Source of the DNA: Lingula anatina
Lineage: Eukaryota; Animalia; Brachiopoda
Assembly (NCBI GenBank): GCA_051362555.1
Contig: CM120641.1
Span: 2,232,001-2,296,000 of the forward strand
DNA length: 64,000 nt
Direction of reading: 5' to 3'
Shown here: positions 27,101-63,494 of the stretch, in pieces
How the letters are laid out: the number at the start of each line of letters is the position of its first letter
Numbering within the stretch: the first letter of the stretch is position 1
Translations under genes and position numbers: made by a program
The notes under the pieces: generated by a model
Seen by the model: the letters and a program-made list of their open reading frames with translations, nothing else
Database searches by the model: none
Told to the model about the DNA's origin: nothing

Positions 27101-30100
27101 ATCTAGACAATTTAATCATTAGGATTATACCCCAGGTAACAATATACATGCTTAGGAAACAAAGAAAAACTGAATAAATGGCTGTATTCTAAAAATTTCA
27201 AAGAACTGATCAATACTATCCTAAGTTAAAATGACTTCTTTCAAATATATACTTTTTTAAAGCTTTCCAACCTTCAAAATCTGACAGCGTATACCACTCA
27301 CCTTCTCCACTGCCTTGGCTACATTCTCTGGGTTATTGGCAGTGACATAGGCATGTAAGGGTTCATCCTCACCAGGCAGTGGCTGCCCGTCTTTACGTCC
27401 TATCTTCCCCTCCTTTACTGAGCCTTTACCTCTGATTATAATCTTGGCTCCAGTCTGTGCAAGTGTTAAAAGAAGTAAAAATTAATTTTTGCACCAAAAA
27501 ATCTAATTATTTATGGATATAAACTACAGGTTTTGAACTAATGAACTAACATCAGTTTTATAATCGAAAATAGTGTTCTGATTTCTTTTTTTTTTTTTAC
27601 ATTTCTTTTAAATATAACACCAGGTAATAACCTTCTTAATAGTACTGTTGAGGGGTCAAAAAAAAAAGAAGAAAAAAAAAAACTTACATCCTTCTCTAGA
27701 TTTTTCAGTGTGTTTCCCCTTGGTCCAATTAGAAGTCCTACAAAGTTGATATCTGGGTGTTCCTCCTGTGGAATCATCACCTTGTCACTCACTCTAATAA
27801 TAGGCGGTCTGAAAGAAAAAATAAAATAGAAATCAACCCTGAATTGTTGGAAGAATTTTTGTTGCTCTCTCAGTTAACTGGAGATCTGCAGTAAACATAT
27901 CACACAGATTAAGAACTCTGAAACTAAGTTATGCTACTGTGTTTCTGAGAAGACTTGCACAGCCTTACTCAATACAACCTGTTTTCCTTTAACATTAATT
28001 TAGGACCACCTTCTATTCCAAAATTGGAGAATACCAATAAACGCCATGCATTGTACCCTGTTCATAAGTTTTCAACCTACTTGTAATCTGCAGGCGGCTT
28101 GTACTCGTCATTCAGGTTCATGGCATCCTGTATGAGGGCGTGTCTCTCTTCCTCCAGTTTCTTCCTGGTACGGTACTCTCTTGTGTTCAGTCGCTTGCCT
28201 TCAGAGTTGTAGATAGGCTCAGGAGATGGAGATCTGGTGGTGAAAACAACAGTAGTTATAATACAATAGGAATATAGCCTGTGGAATATATGGAGCACAC
28301 TGGACTTGCAGACAGTCTTCTAGCCTCGTTATTTTCCAAAGTTTGACTGTTTTTTTAAACATTTCACAACAAGCTTTTTTGTTGTTGTTGTATGAAGAAT
28401 GACACCCATCAGATTTCTAATGAGTTGCTATAATGAGCTTTTTGCCTTAGAAATATCATCAAAACAACTGCAAGTCTCCACATTTTTCAAAATTTTGTAA
28501 GACTCATTGAATACTTTCTGCATTTCCAGTTATCTGAATTAAAAAATTAAATAAACAAAATTAAGCCATAAGTTATTACCAAACAGCAAACCCCTTTATT
28601 TATAACTTTCACACTTATATTTTCATATCTTGAGAAGTCTTCCTTTTGGAACGAGTTGACTCTATCTAACTTGGTTCTAAAATGTTTCTCTTCTCTGCCT
28701 GACCCTCTGCATTTTTTAAGAAATCCAGTCCAAATGTGCACATTAGAAATATAGCATTCTCTTGGAGACCTAGACTTATCATGCCATTTATTTATTATAT
28801 TTGTTTATTTCTCCAAAAAATAATAGAGGAGTTTATTATTGTCCCATGCTAGAATGAAATTTTTGTTAAGATCAAGTGTCCCTGAAAAGCAGTGGATCAT
28901 GTATATTATTATGATTATTACTGAATATTAATGAAAAGCCATCACATAGGGAATGCATATGTAACCATAACTCTGTAAAGAGAAACTTGGTTAGATTGAC
29001 AGCCAGCATGTGGCTTTCTGAGTGTGTGTGTGCATTTTAAAAAATAAATACAAAATGAAACAAAACTGATAATAAGGATCAGAGTTGCAATGCACCCAAC
29101 AAATTAAAGTGCAATATTCTGTAAGGGTAGTCTGGTTACTGCTAGGAGTGAAAATTTATATTAAAAAAAATATGAAGTGCCAAAAATGGTTACTGCTTCA
29201 TTTCAAAGTGAATTTTCAATTAAATGTTTCTGTATTGCAACAAAAACCTTTCCAAACTTTTTACCCCAAAAATGTGCTAAACCTGATATCTAAGGAACAG
29301 AACACAACTGGAAACTACATCTAAACAATTATGGGGATTAATAAGGTTAATAGTTAAAATGTACCTTGCATAATGCAGTTATAATCTAACTACAGACATT
29401 TCACAAGTTTATCAATCAATAAAGCAATCACGGCCAACAAGCAAGACCAGGAATTTCCCTCCATAAACCTACAGTTCAGGAATAAAAACTTTTGTAATTA
29501 AGCAAAAGAAAAAGATACATTAGCCTCAATGCTTTGGAAAAGAAGATGGATATGATTACATGGAATTCAAAAGCCATACCTGTCCTCATCAGGAAAGACA
29601 TTTGAAGTGAAAAGTGGACTTCTTCAATGATTTGTTTCGTAATAACTACAACTTGTTACTTTGCCTCTAGTCTTACTGTTTACAAAAGAAATCTCTTTGG
29701 AGCAAAATTCTAAGTATAAATTAAATTTTATATTGTGTAAATTTCACTGTGGACCACTCCCACAACCACTGTCTACAAACACAGATATCCAACTATTAAC
29801 AAACTCATTTTAAATTCTAAATCTTACACTATTAGAAGCATTATAAGTAATTTTCCTATGAATAAGGCAAAGTAACAACACAAGTAAAAAAAATCTGTCA
29901 AAATGCCTGCAAATTACGCTTAGACAAAACTGGCATAATTATATGAGGAAGGAGAAAGTAAGAACTCTATATCTCCACTCCACTCAAATGCCTTTCACTG
30001 GTTTAAAGTGCTGATCATGGTGACACGCTACGGGATCTGGTAACATTTGTTTTGTTTGTTTTAAAGCTCTGTGCCGTTCTACAAGTGTTGCCGCTGAATG

Positions 30101-32217
30101 GCGCAGCGTCTCTGCTTTGGTAAAGGAGAAGGTAGTTGTTATCTGCCAAACCTTTCTTCAGGATTAGTTGGTATGCCCAGGTCCCCTGTCCGTAGCCGTC
30201 GACTGATTTCCTCAATCTGCAGGTGCACTGGAATTTAAGGGGTTAGAATAGGGACAAAGTCCCGTTAATACACTTTCCAATGGAAAAATCTGACATTGAT
30301 AAAAATCATATTTCTTAGCAATGGTTCTAACAAAATGAATATAAATTTGGCAAATTTAAGTATTGTGTCAAAACTATTGTTTGTCATCATAACGAAAAGC
30401 AAGGTAATTATTTTTCAGAAAATGCTGTATCTTAAAAGGCATTTGTCAAGAACCATTCCTAAAACCAAACCACACAAGTGCCATTAATAAGGAAATGTGC
30501 ATAAATGTCTACAATGAAATGTTTTTTTTCCTTCCCCAGCCCCTTACTTCTTTAACTGAACTAAAGTCCTGGCACTTATTTGGTTTGGAAACTTGTCACA
30601 TCACAATCTTATGCCAGGCTTTACTTAAGGCTCAGAATGTTTTCTCTTATCAGATATAAATCTTGAGACAAACTACTTTTTAGAATTCTTTTTATTGCTT
30701 TTGCACTATTATAAAAAAGAAACATTAGAAATTTGAACTCAAAATTGTCTTTTCCATGTTATCAGATGCACATTTTAGGAAAAGCTGATATCTGAACAGA
30801 CAACAATTTCTGGGAAGGCAATTGGTGAAAGTAAATAAAGTTTAGGTTTGTTGATCTAGTAATTTCAGCCATGAGCACATAAGAAAGCCTAGGAAGGTTT
30901 TTAAATACATAACCTACAAACTTACCAAAACTTGGATGATTACCAAAATTCTGAAAATTGCTCAAAATAGCACAAAAATATCAAATTACTCCAATTAGGT
31001 AAATTTTTGCGAAAATAATCTGAAATTCTGAGAAAATCTAATTATGCCTAAATAAAAAAATTGATTAAACCTAAAGGATCAAATGTATGATTAAACCTAA
31101 AGGATTACAATTGAATGAGTTATAAGTTAATTACTTAAATAATAAAACTTATTCACATGTTGATTGGAATAATTGGCATCCAACCTATAGCAACAGGAAA
31201 AAATCAGTTAAGATCATGCAATAGTCAGTTTCAAACTTTTGCAAGCTAGCTGAGCAAAATAATAATAATGACAAAAATCAGAAAAATAGGCACTTTCTGT
31301 TCTATATTTTGTCATTAAAAAAAAAAAACAAACATAAAAAAAAAACAAAAGCTGAAATGAGACCTTTTAGAATTAGATGGTGTTTAAAAAGAGTCCCTTT
31401 TAAAAACTTCAGCCCAATGTAAACAAGGAAAAAATTCTGCAGGCAAAAATGCACCCTGACCCCACGGACATCTTCCCCACCCCCCCAACTTCCCTCCTAC
31501 CAACTCCTACTTAGTTACCTTAATACCTGTACATTTTCACAGAACTGTTTAAGAGTTGATGCTTACCTAGGTACTGTTTCTCTTGCTCCATGGTTAAACC
31601 AGTTGGAATTACTGTAGGCATGCCTGGGATGAAAGTTTTCTCTGCGTCGTCACCTCCCCATCTGCTGCGGCGCTTCTTTTTCTTATCAGGTGGCCAGTTG
31701 GTGGACTCTGATAAAATGACAGAGTGAATAAAGACCACATAAATGATTCCTATACACTTGCCTGCCGGCTGACTATATAATATTTAGAAAAAATCTGACT
31801 CATTAAAAACTGAATTGTTTCATTATTCAGTGACCCAGGTAGTAAGTACTAAGTGCCTCTTAAAGGTGTTAAATAGCACCTCGAAAAGAAAATGACAAAG
31901 TGCTTGGTCACATTAAATGAGCATTATAACAAGTCCAATTTTTTCTTACAAATTCTAAGAAATTGAATGATAATAAAATTTACCCAAGCCGATTTACAAC
32001 GCTTGGATATATTATTATATTCTTAATTATTAAATAAATTAAGAGCCGAAATAACCAAATAGAAAAAGCAAAGATTCACGCCTACTGGTCCACTCCATTC
32101 AATTCTACGCACAAAGTCACGATCTCTTACCCACGTTTTTACAACGTTTTCAGGAGCATCTTACAAATTCAATGTGATTGCATACTTACGACCGAAGTCT
32201 GCCTCTCTTTTAGCCAT
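24194..32217 (-). CDS. SF1: Splicing factor 1 / branchpoint-binding protein
   Basis: Exons (5' to 3') 32217-32190, 31707-31567, 30227-30152, 28233-28081, 27808-27688, 27454-27302, 27052-26934, 26695-26591, 26318-26111, 25767-25675, 25317-25077, 24788-24717, 24477-24194. [36 protein letters not shown]2 ([43 protein letters not shown]), Zn knuckle [28 protein letters not shown], Pro/Gln-rich tail. Confidence 0.96.
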
Positions 32218-32772
32218 TTTGTGCAACAATTGTGCCTTGGCCTCTCTTGGGTCGTTCAAGTCAGTATGTTTGAGACTAAAATATGCTGAAAACAAATGGA
32301 CTTGTCTACTAGTCTCGCGCTTTAACCACAAAGATGGCGTCCCACGTCGGCAACCTCGTTTTCACTTATATGGGCTTCCTGAATAGTCTCAAACCCAATT
32401 ATATTGTTCTGAGAAAACACAACTGACTTAGAATTCTATATTACTTCACTTTGAACTTTTTATGGTAAAAAAGATTGTAGACTATTTGCATTCATGTAGC
32501 ATTATATGTTATCTTGTGCAGAGCGGCTGCTAACTCTTGACAAGTGTTAGAGAGTATAGTCAATGGTCGAAATGTGAGGTGAAACTTTGATGCAATGTTC
32601 CCAGTGTAGTAACGCAGTTCTCTGTTAATCTAATATGACTTGATACTAATAAGCATTTTAGGTGCGTGATATTCTTTCAGTGATTATTAACAGTTACAAC
32701 CACAGTGCGAAGCGGTTGCAGTATTGTTATCAACCCCCTGTACACGTGAAGGCAAGTCAAGTCCAGTCAACT
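32218..32772. promoter_or_regulatory. Bidirectional promoter shared by SF1 and POLR3A
   Basis: Divergent start codons with 555 bp between them. Locally CpG-rich. TCTCGCGC at 32313-32320 and YY1-like AAGATGGCG at 32331-32339. Confidence 0.7.
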
Positions 32773-55705
<22,933 letters not shown>

Positions 55706-56125
55706 TCCCTCACCAAAATATAGCCCTGTGCCCGCCATTCTTAGAGGTTTAATAACTTCACGAGTAGAGTGATTCTCCTATACGCCTCCAAGGCCGTGAA
55801 GTGGAAGAGTTTGGAGAGAGGGAGTTAGGACATTGCCTATTGATTGGCCCAGTACTCCAGAAAACTTGATTTCCACCATATTGAAAAATGTTCTGGGGAA
55901 GTCTGGGCGGTCAGACGTGAGAGGAATCTCGGTTAATCATCTCCCCGGGTTTCACACTCGTCTTCTACGATTTGGCCCGGGTTGGAACTGCGTGAGACTG
56001 GAGAATGGTTTTAATTTGGTTTGCTTTATTTGACGTAACAGTCTCAAACAGGAGTTTATTTATTCATTTTTTTTCTTGCAGAATGTTGCATTGTATTCCA
56101 TGCTAGAAGATATTCTCACTTTTGC

Positions 56126-56131
56126 AATAAA
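56126..56131 (+). terminator. Candidate poly(A) signal of POLR3A
   Basis: First AATAAA seen after the stop codon, about 420 nt downstream. Confidence 0.45.
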
Positions 56132-56425
56132 GAAAGTTGTATTACGCCAGTTGTAATGAACATATTTAGAATATTTCACTTTTTTATACCTGAAAATTTC
56201 TTAAATCTGATGTTTACTGCAAAAAAAAAAAAATTGCCACGATGAAAAATGAATGTATATCTTATTTAGCAGGACATAGTAGAGTGCCAATTTTAATGTG
56301 TCCATTTCTTCCGAAATTCAAAAGCAAAATCCTCTTGAAAAGACTAAATAAATTTTTCATATGCAAGTGACTGTGAAGTGAAAATGGAAAGAAAGCGAAC
56401 TATAATATTATTCATTATCAATTAT

Positions 56426-59400
56426 TATGTACAGACACAGATGTGTCTGTACATATTGCCATCACCTGCGTCTGTCGTCGCCGTCGTCGCCGATGCCGAT
56501 GGCGTCGCCGATGCCGTCGCCGATGCCGGCGCCGTGCACTTTCCTTGTTAACACGATAAGTGGAGGGCAGTTTTACTTTTTGGCTTTATATTTACAGAGC
56601 TGATGAATATTCATAAAACACAGGTCAAGTTCGAAAATCAGCATGATCGGGCCATTATTGTAGAAGTTATGCTGTTTTTTCACTTTTCAGCATATATGCA
56701 ACCCTGTTAACACATTTTAAGGAAAACCGATAGGCCTGTTGTCATGAAACTCACAGGAGTAATCAATCTTACTAAAACGCAGGTCAAGTTCGAAAATCGG
56801 CATGATCGGGCCACTATTTTAGTAGTTATGCTGTTTTTTCACTTTTTAGCATATATGCAACATTGTTAACACATTTCAAGGAAAACCCATAGGCCTGTTG
56901 TCATGAAACTCACATTAGTAATCAATCTTACTAAAACGCAGGTCAAGTTCGAAAATCAGCATAATGGGGCCATTATTTTATAAGTTATGCTGTTTTTTCA
57001 CATTTCCTCAGATTCAATTCTTAGGCATGTTAACAGTCTCATTATTTAACTAATAAGATATGTAAATGTGTTTGTTTGACATTTCCTGCAACTTTAAAAC
57101 ATTGTTAGTTGATTATGTAAAAATGATGGTAAACTTGTTATCATGTATTGTATAATAGAGTTTCAAAAATGGAAAAAAACTCATATCATTGCAGTTTGTC
57201 AGATTAATTCATTCACTATGTTCAGAAACTCGGAATGGAGGAAATTGGACATTAAACAGTGTTCTATTGATATTTTTCCCATGTCATCAATTTTCTTAGT
57301 TGATCATATAAAAATGGCAGTAAACTGTTAATTTTGTCATATGTTAAACAATTGTTAAAAATGGAAAAAAACACATTTCAGGACAGTGCTGTCTTGTTTA
57401 CATTTTGGCATTTTCAAGGTGTGACTTTGAAGTTCCATGGGCCTGAAGACCTTTGCTTGTCACATTTTCTCAATATCCATGATACTAATATTTTATTATT
57501 AAAAATTGATGGTTATTATCCTGTTAAACATTATGTAATATTGCATCAAAATTTGAAGAAACCCCTATTTTGGACACTGCTCCCATGATGACCATTTAAG
57601 GAAAACCATGTCACTTACTGTTCTCAAACTTACAGGAAAGAAACATGGGACTAAGATACAGTTTAATTAGGCAATGCAGTCTGTTTGGTAATTCTTTCTG
57701 GCAGTTAAACAGTTTTTTGTGAAAATTAAATTTGTCACATATTGGCATTTTCAAGGTGTGACTTTGAAGTTCCATGGTCCTGAAGACCTTTTCTAGTCAC
57801 ATTTTCTGAATATCCATGATACTAATATTTTATTATTATGTACAGACACAGATGTGTCTGTACATATTGCCATCACCTGCGTCTGTCGTCGCCGTCGCCG
57901 TCGTTGCCGTCGCCGGCGCCGTGCACTTTCCTTGTAAACATGATAAGTGGAAGGCAGTTTTAATTTTTGGCTTTATATTTACAGAGCTGATGAATATTCA
58001 TAAAACGCAGGTCAAGTTCGAAAATCAGCATGATCGGGCCATTATTGTAGAAATTATGCTGTTTTTTTCACTTTTCAGCATATATGCAACACTGTAAACA
58101 CATTTCAAGGAAAACCGATTGGCCTGTTGTCATGAAACTCACAGGAGTAATCGATCTTACTAAAACGCAGGTCAAGTTCGAAAACCGTCATCATCAGGCC
58201 ACTATTTAAGTAGTTATGCTTTTTTTCACTTTTCAGCATATATGCAACATTGTAAACACAATATAAGAAAAACAGACAGGCCAATTGTCATTAAACTCAC
58301 AGGAGTGGTCAATCCTGCTAAAACACAGGTTGAGTTAAAAAAAATCAGCATAATCGGGCCATTATTTTAGAAGTTATGCTGTTTTTTCACATTTCCTCAG
58401 ATTCAATTCTTAGACATGTTAACAGTTTCATTATTTAATTAATAAGATACGTAAAAGTGTTTGTTTGACATTTCCTGCATCTTTACAACATTGTTAGTTG
58501 ATTTTGTAAAAATGATGGTAAACTTGTTATCATGTATTGTGTAATAAAGTTTCAAAAATGGAAATAAACTCATATCATTGCAGTTTGTCAGGTTCAATCA
58601 TTCACTATGTTCAGAATCTCAGAATGGAAGAAATTGGACATTTAACACTGCTCTATTGATATTTTTCCCATCTCATCAATTTTCTTCGTTGATCGTATAA
58701 AAATGGCAGTAAACTGTTAATTTTGTTTTATGTTAAAAATTGTTAAAAATGGAATAAAACATTTCAGAACAGTGCTGTCTTGTTTACATTTTGGCATTTT
58801 CAAGTTGTGACTTTGAAGTTCCATGGGCCTGAAGACCTTTGCTAGTCACAGTTTCTGAATATCCATGATACTAATATTTTATTATTAAAAATTGATGGTC
58901 ATTATGCTGTTAAACATTATGTAATATTGCATCAAAATTTGAAAAAAACCTATTTTGGGCACTGCTCCCATGATGACCATTTAAGAAAAACCATGTCACT
59001 TACTGTTCTCAAACAGTACAGTAAATATGTACAGATGTGTCTGTACATATTGCCATCACCTACGCCTGTCGTCGCTGTCGCTGTCGCACTTTCATTATAA
59101 ACACGATAAGTGGAAGGCAGTTTTACTTTTTGGCTGCTTGGTAATTCTTACTGCCAGTTAAACAGTTTTTTTGTGAAAATTTAATTTTTCACATATTGGC
59201 ATTTTCAAGGTGTGAGTTTGAAGTTCCACAGGCTTGAAGACCCATGCTAGTCACATTTTCTGAAAATCCATGATACGTATATTTTATTATTAAAAATTGA
59301 CGGTCATTAGGCTGTTAACCATTATGTAATATTGCATCAGAATAGAAGAAAACACAATTTTGGGTGCTGCTGCCATGATGACCATTATGGGAAAACCATG

Positions 59401-59718
59401 TTACTTATAATTGCCAAACTTTCAAAAAAGAAATACAGGACTAAAATGCAGCCTGAGTTGGAAAAGTAGTCTAATTGGCTTCTTTTTCTGGAAGTTATAC
59501 ATTTTCAAAGTGTGAACTTGAACTCCCATGGGCCTGAAGCCTTATGCTTGTTACACATTTTACTTACATTGGTATTACCTGTTGAGCATAATTAAAATTT
59601 GATGTTGAATTTGCAGTTTAACATAATGTACTTTTGCATCAGAATTGACAGTAGCCTATTTTGTGCATAGTTATTTCCTGTTTTTTGTCTGTACATTTGA
59701 CAGCTTTGCTGCCTTGTT
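56426..59718 (-). mobile_element. Second composite Helentron/HINE-like array, inverted relative to 49165-52664
   Basis: Same modules in reverse complement: hairpins at 56426, 57837 and (truncated) 59026, GTCGCC microsatellites, 170-180-bp and 400-bp units, terminus TGACAGCTTTGCTGCCTTGTT at 59698-59718. Confidence 0.75.
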
Positions 59719-60404
59719 TTTATACTGTCACTATTTGTGCGTGCAGTAAACAATTACTGACACTTGCAATATACGCTCGTGGTTGGTCTATATCGGAACT
59801 TACATCGGAGTTCAATAAATGACGCATAGATGAATGATTAGACATCATTCCTTTATTTGTTTCTATCACCTTTTAAGTTCATCCCACTTCAAGACCCCCC
59901 CTAATATATACTTGTGTAATAGCTCATGCACAATTGCTGTACGAAGATCGATCTAACTCCACGGGGACTGGCTGAGTGCAATTACATATACATATTTTAA
60001 TCTGTTAAAAACACGCCTCCTCTTGATTTGAATAGAATACAGGAAAGCTGGTAATAATACGAGTAATGTACTTTGGAAATGAGAATTAATCTATTATTAA
60101 TAGTAATCTGATTCCTCTCAGGAGTTGAAACGGGGGGGGGGGGGTGCAACCCACGCGTTATGCACACGGAGAAGGCAAATGTGGCTTGAAGACAAAAAGG
60201 GGGAGGGGAGTTATGCTTAAAGTACGCTTGCCCCCTAAGAAAAGACCTTTGCAATAGCATTATCAATGTTGAATTATTTTGTGCCGCTGTTAACCTATAT
60301 CGTTCAGAAAAGATTTTTCGATAGTTCAGTCAACAATCACGCTTTAAGTCAAGTGCTACAGCCTGCAAGCCCTTGATATGGTGGCTGATTCGGGACATCG
60401 TAAT

Positions 60405-60461
60405 ATCGCATCGTGCTATCGTGGTATCGCATCGTGCTATCGTGGTATCGCATCGTGCTAT
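60405..60461. repeat. 21-bp tandem repeat (TATCGCATCGTGCTATCGTGG, about 2.7 copies)
   Basis: Read directly. Confidence 0.9.
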
Positions 60462-61228
60462 TTAAAAAAAAAAGTTTGCCTGATTTTATTGATCATGTAC
60501 TTGAACGTTTTACTGCAATTTAGTATTTATTTGATTATTATTATTAGTATTTATTATTATTTGAAAAAAAAAAACTCAAGTGTGCTGAATGTGAAGATGA
60601 GCTATTCTAAAATTTTGATCGCGTTCTGAGGCGCGTTCATATCCCTTAAATGAAAAGGTTGTCCATGCGCTCAAAATTAAATGAATACAATTGCCGAAAA
60701 AAAAAAAACGTTATCGAGATAAAAATTTATTAAATAATCGTGTTATGCGAGCTCCTGCCCCTCGTATGATTAAGCCTCGGCGCCAGATACCTGATATCAT
60801 AAACGGAGAAATCCCTATCAAGAAAAAAAAAACGCAGATAGTTCAAAGATATGAATTTAATTCTTCCAAGTAGTTACATGCAATTTATCTGATTTTATAC
60901 AGGTGTAATTGGTCATTCCATTGCTTGGAAATCGTCGAAGTCCAGACGTGGTTCTTTCTCGTATCCACTTACACAAACTGCTTTGAATGAAACGGGAGTA
61001 TTAGACACGACACTAATAAATAGTTGATTTGATATCATGACGGGCAGTGAAACTTCTCATTCAGTTACATTTGAGTACAAATTATGATATCATCCAAAAT
61101 GTGTTGAACTTCTGTGTTAGGCCCGTCTACGTTGTTACACTTAAAAGCATACAGATCTTGACGGATCTTTTAATAATGAAACAGTTAACTGCCATAGTGG
61201 TCTTTTTCCGCATACCACATCATTGGCC

Positions 61229-63494
61229 TTAAGTTTTACCCACAAAACGGAAGGCAGCATCAGCCAACGTATGAACATTATTGTGTAAGTACATACGTGT
61301 TGACGAATGGCGAAGATAGTAGTTAGACAACGTAGAAGCTTCCAGAGCAAACCATCCGGTGTATAAAATATCCTGCCTGATGATAAAGGTCGCTTCCTCA
61401 TCAAAATTCGAACTTCCTCGTGCGGGAGAAGAGCGGTCTTCTAGGTGAACATATGCGGAGTTGGAGATTTTATACCGAAAGAACCAGTTCAGTTTGTCAA
61501 CAGATTCGATGGACACTGTTCCCGCCACTCCGGTTAGACCGGGACTCCAAATGTTGAAGGTTTTAGAATCGCCGTTGATAATGTAGCAGTAGTTGTTGCT
61601 ATTGTAGGACAGATAATATGACTGGTAGTTTTGGGACTGCATCCTAATGCGTGTGTGAAGATAGGGCCGAGCTGGAACTGTAAAAAGAAAGGTTAATTGT
61701 TTGAAAAGAAACCAAGCATCCCTCATTGCCTTTCATTTCAGCACTTCAAATTATTTATAATTTTAGCTTAAAACAACCACATTGGCAAAGGGCCCATAAT
61801 CATGCCTTCAAAAGGAAGAATAAAATCTTATGACGGTGAACTATTGGTCATATATCTTTCCAGTAATTCTTCCCAGCAACTCTAGATCTTGATCGCCAAA
61901 AAGGGTTTCCATCCATTTAGATTCAGGACCAGATATATTACTATGTAAGCATTCGTTTCGACAAATCTTTCATGTGCCAGAGACAGCATCTGCAGCCAAC
62001 TGATGTGTTTCAGGTCTTTCTTTTTTCATTCATTCATTCAGCTATTGGAAATTAAATGCGCATCCCAAATTCCCCAACTAAGAACTTATTCGACAACGAG
62101 GAGAGGGAGAAAATGTTCAGATCATTGCTTTTAGTTGTTGGTTTTCAAAACGGCATTAAATAAAACGATTTAATTTACAAGTTGGGGCTGTAATTTTTGA
62201 AAATTAAATCAAGGAGTACATTTTACTGGCAATAATTGATTATCAGAGAGCACTACACCCAAATAAGAATTTACGTACCTATTTTGAAAGCAGCTTCATT
62301 TTTGAAATCGCTTGTATCGGCAAAGGTGGCGACGGACAAAAGATAGTTTCCGTGAGAAATATATTTCTCTGGATTATACGCTGCCTCAAACGCCAAATAT
62401 CCGGTAAACCAGGTGCCGTATCGAATTTTGAAGGTAGCGTCCTCGTAGAAAGTTTCTGGACTGTAAGATTCTGGATCGGTTCCCCAGAGATCTACGGCGT
62501 TGGTGTCTGCGCGGTACCGGAAGAAGTGACCCGGTTTATCGTTGGACTCGATGGAAACAGTTCCTTCCTCTCCCGTCAATCCAGGTCGTAGGATTCGGAA
62601 AGTCTTTTGGTCGTTCTGAAGGATTTTAGCTCTGTCAGAAGCGCTGGTATCGTATGAAAAGTAATATGTCGGGAAGTTCCTAGACTGGAGTTGTATATCT
62701 GTGTATGCATATGCTGGAAGATTAAAACAGGTCGTTATTCGGGCTATATTATATGAAACACATCTCATTTGTATGGAAACAGTACTATATAAGAAGACAA
62801 TAAAACATAACAGTGTTATTTATTCATGTAATAATTAAAGGATTAAGATACTTACACTTGTTAGTTATACTGCAACTTTGGGTGCTGCTGTCAAATCCAT
62901 TCGCCTACAATCGACAAAAAATGTCTATAAACTATTTTAAACATATTAACTTATTTAGATTTTAATTAAAAGTTTAGTCTTTTTCTAAGTGTGATAATGA
63001 TAGTAATGTAAAGATGTTGCACAGGTTCGTTTTTAACATTTTCCAATGTTAAAATAACGAGTGTAGACAGTGAACCGTTCATTTTTCGAAAACAATAGAC
63101 TAGTATTTTAAAGATATTTAACGGCTGGTCATGGATAACTAGTTACATAAAACTTTGAGCATAAAAGTCAACAGATTAAAATAACCTTTTCATAGTATGC
63201 GTAGCCTTCTCTGGCTTCCATGTTATTTCCTCTCTTGTCCGCAGTCCTTGAATTCAACTCGCAAACTCGAGTCTTGTTATCAGACACATCTTCAAAGTTG
63301 AAGGAGAGGCATGCCGGCTCATCAAGGCATTTCAAAGAGCACTGGAGTCTGTTATAAACGTCGTGTGTGCTGAGAACGGAATACGCGAGCCGTACGTCTT
63401 TATCGCAGTTAGCGGGACGCTGTAAAAAACTCCCTTTGCTCCACCCAACGGAAAACAAAGAACACGCAAGAAGCAGACGGAGCGTTTCTGACAT
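61229..63494 (-). CDS. Secreted protein: signal peptide + PAN/apple domain + two AbfB (CBM42-like beta-trefoil) domains
   Basis: Exons 63494-63186, 62904-62856, 62713-62279, 61677-61229, GT-AG and phase-compatible. Signal MSETLRLLLACSLFSVGWS. PAN pattern QCSLKCLDEPACLSFNF...CELN. Two homologous exons with PGLTG-x2-GTVSIES, ATF-x-IR and G-x2-A-x-EA...Y(L/I)xH motifs typical of AbfB domains. Confidence 0.78.

Noticed and set aside
30384-30390. C-box (ATGATGA, minus strand) suggesting an intronic snoRNA in SF1
   Set aside because: No CTGA D-box or terminal stem at a suitable distance downstream.
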